In this document: piece by piece, positions 25,802 to 27,255 of the stretch
How positions within the stretch are numbered: position 1 is the first letter of the stretch
Layout: every line of letters starts with the position of its first letter
IMG/VR virus record: IMGVR_UViG_3300032312_000844
Location: 1-27,255 of that record
Source: a virus
Lineage: Duplodnaviria > Caudoviricetes
Direction: 5' to 3' (one strand)
DNA length: 27,255 nt
The notes under the pieces: model-generated
Told to the model about the DNA's origin: nothing
Database searches by the model: none
Seen by the model: the letters and a program-made list of their open reading frames with translations, nothing else
Position numbers and translations under genes: made by a program

Positions 25802-26065
25802 ATGTACCTACATATCATGACCGAAAGCGAACAGAAAGACGTGGTGCGAGCACTGCGTGGTTGGCAGTTCCAACGCAAACACGGTAGCCTCTACGATCGT
25901 GGATCAGCAGACTCCTACTATGGCCGTCCACGTGATCCGCACTATGGTGGTGTGGGTGGTGATTCAGGTCCCCGCGTTGAAGTCACAGACGAATTAAGCC
26001 GAGCTGAATACAACGCAGGCTATGACTACAACGAACGCTATGGCGACAAGAAGGACTACCGTTAA
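25802..26065 (+). CDS. conserved hypothetical phage protein
   Basis: AGGAGCGAAAG-ATG at 25802; HGSLYDRGSADSYYGRPRDPHY...EYNAGY motif. Confidence 0.78.
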   Translation: MYLHIMTESEQKDVVRALRGWQFQRKHGSLYDRGSADSYYGRPRDPHYGGVGGDSGPRVEVTDELSRAEYNAGYDYNERYGDKKDYR

Positions 26066-26406
26066 TGGAAGCCGTGCGTGAAGTCACTGAGTGGACTGGT
26101 GTGAGCTACCGCACTCCCAATCACGACTACCTGCTAGATGGTGATAAGATCGTTGCTTACCGCCCTTGGGGCACTGCAGAGATCCGTGTGCTGTCAGGAA
26201 AGATCAAGATCGATCGCAGGGGTCGTAAGTTTGAGAAGCTGGAGCCTAACCCATTCGAGACCCCGGCAATTAATTCAGAGAATTTAATTGTGGAGGTTAA
26301 GGGGTCCAAGGGCAACAGCTACTTCGTGGATACCGAGGCTAAGACCTGTACTTGCCCTGGATTCACTTTCCGTGGCAACTGTAAACACACAAAGGAGATC
26401 GTATGA
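26065..26406 (+). CDS. SWIM zinc-finger protein
   Basis: V.GSKGNSY.V...CTCPGFTFRGNCKH (CxC...CxH). Confidence 0.82.
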   Translation: MEAVREVTEWTGVSYRTPNHDYLLDGDKIVAYRPWGTAEIRVLSGKIKIDRRGRKFEKLEPNPFETPAINSENLIVEVKGSKGNSYFVDTEAKTCTCPGFTFRGNCKHTKEIV

Positions 26407-26516
26407 ACGAGCAAGAATATGTATCATGGGTGTGGCGCGATATGTTTGATCAGATCCTGCCTGCCTTGGCCATCTATGCTGTAGTGCTGATTGCCTACTG
26501 GGGCTTTGTGGCATAA
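26403..26516 (+). CDS. small membrane protein (37 aa)
   Basis: Not in the ORF track. AGGAG RBS and ATGA overlap: MNEQEYVSWVWRDMFDQILPALAIYAVVLIAYWGFVA. Confidence 0.55.
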   Translation: MNEQEYVSWVWRDMFDQILPALAIYAVVLIAYWGFVA

Positions 26517-26588
26517 AAGCCACAGACATTTTGGTTGACAGATTGGCTTAGTGGTGTTATAATATACACATACTAAGGAGAGCGAACA

Positions 26589-26807
26589 ATGTTAAGATAC
26601 TGTGATTTTATTGCTGATCGTATTAAGAAAGCACTTATGGCGTCCATGATGGACTATAGTGAACCTGTCCAGATCGAGGGTGTTGGTAAGATCAACTGGG
26701 ACCTAGATGAACAGGGTGCCTTCCGGTCAACCAAGAAGACCATCAACCTAGAGATCAACGGTGTAGGCTACTTGGTCACAGTCGAAGAAGTCAAGGATGC
26801 GGTATGA
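26589..26807 (+). CDS. hypothetical phage protein
   Basis: Own promoter and AGGAGAGCGA RBS. Confidence 0.75.
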   Translation: MLRYCDFIADRIKKALMASMMDYSEPVQIEGVGKINWDLDEQGAFRSTKKTINLEINGVGYLVTVEEVKDAV

Positions 26808-27004
26808 CCCCACAAGAGTTCGAATACATCCAACGAGCTATGAAGGCTCTGGAAGAACCTAGGACGCTGGTGGAACGCATCAAGATCGAGCGGACCATTG
26901 GGCAGATCTTTACTAAATCTGCAGACAAGCTCGAAGAAGAGTTTGTAGAGAAGGTCAACGATCGGATGGAAGTGAATCGTTTGGTTGACATTTTGAGTCG
27001 TTGA
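26804..27004 (+). CDS. hypothetical phage protein
   Basis: ATGA overlap and AAGGA RBS. Confidence 0.65.
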   Translation: MTPQEFEYIQRAMKALEEPRTLVERIKIERTIGQIFTKSADKLEEEFVEKVNDRMEVNRLVDILSR

Positions 27005-27070
27005 TTGTATAATACATTATGGACACAGGCTGTGTTCATCGATGGTTTGATTAATCTTTAAGGAGCGAAT

Positions 27071-27255
27071 ATGCCGAATTGGTGCAATAACAATCTAGTT
27101 CTAGAACATGATGATCCAGCAATGATCCTTCGTGCCAAAGAAGCATTGGATCGTGGAGAGTTCCTGCAAGAGTTTATTCCAGTGCCTGAGTGCTTGAAGA
27201 TCGTTGCGGGGTCAGTGGGTGATCCTGTAGAACAAGCAAAACTTGAAGCAGACAC
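27071..27255 (+). CDS. DUF1281/YubB-like (MPNWC) protein, truncated by the window end
   Basis: AGGAGCGAAT-ATG: MPNWCNNNLVLEHDD...FLQEFIPVPECL, open to the end. Confidence 0.72.
   Translation, partial: MPNWCNNNLVLEHDDPAMILRAKEALDRGEFLQEFIPVPECLKIVAGSVGDPVEQAKLEAD

Larger units (their letters stand above)
18612..26524. promoter_or_regulatory. recurring 18-bp palindromic site TGT(G/T)G(C/T)-N6-(A/G)C(C/A)ACA (candidate operator)
   Basis: Copies at 18612, 21618, 23595, 24900 and 26507, each 9-34 nt upstream of a -35 box; 17-bp variant at 5764. Confidence 0.7.
16418..27013 (+). promoter_or_regulatory. array of near-consensus sigma70 (early) promoters
   Basis: TTGACN-N17-(TATAAT/TACAAT/TATACT/TAATAT) with the -35 at 16418, 17294, 17772, 18660, 19083, 19596, 21205, 21670, 22373, 23622, 24943, 25305, 25743, 26535, 26985; most are preceded by GG. 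Confidence 0.88.

Noticed and set aside
1-27255. Stop-codon reassignment as seen in some large phages
   Set aside because: Known genes are full-length in the standard code, and TAA, TGA and TAG all appear to terminate genes.

Overview
This window looks like part of a large lytic dsDNA phage genome (T4-like or jumbo myovirus type); no host chromosome, CRISPR array or IS element is evident. The left part (1-~15.2 kb) has mixed gene orientation. It carries a truncated LamG-domain gene, 5-aminolevulinate synthase (hemA), and a minus-strand operon clpP-cupin-gmhB-hldC-hldA-hldD (ADP-heptose pathway with no gmhA in the window). It also has HNH / EcoRI-like endonuclease / Dam-family methylase / ATP-dependent ligase, a nucleotidyltransferase, YqgE/AlgH and three tandem 2OG-Fe(II) oxygenases. 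Several genes here have T4-late-like TAAATA motifs a few bases before the ATG. A repeat-rich, mostly non-coding switch region (~14.5-16.4 kb) follows. The rest is an all-plus-strand early region built from repeated modules: near-consensus sigma70 promoter, AGGAGCG RBS and 1-3 small genes. It contains tRNA-Arg(TCT), a GIY-YIG protein, two AAA ATPases, a peptidase-vWA protein, a GcrA-C-terminal-like zinc protein and a recurring 18-bp TGT-N12-ACA palindrome. hemA and the GcrA-like protein hint at an alphaproteobacterial host (inference). All calls come from motif recognition by eye; no database searches were run.
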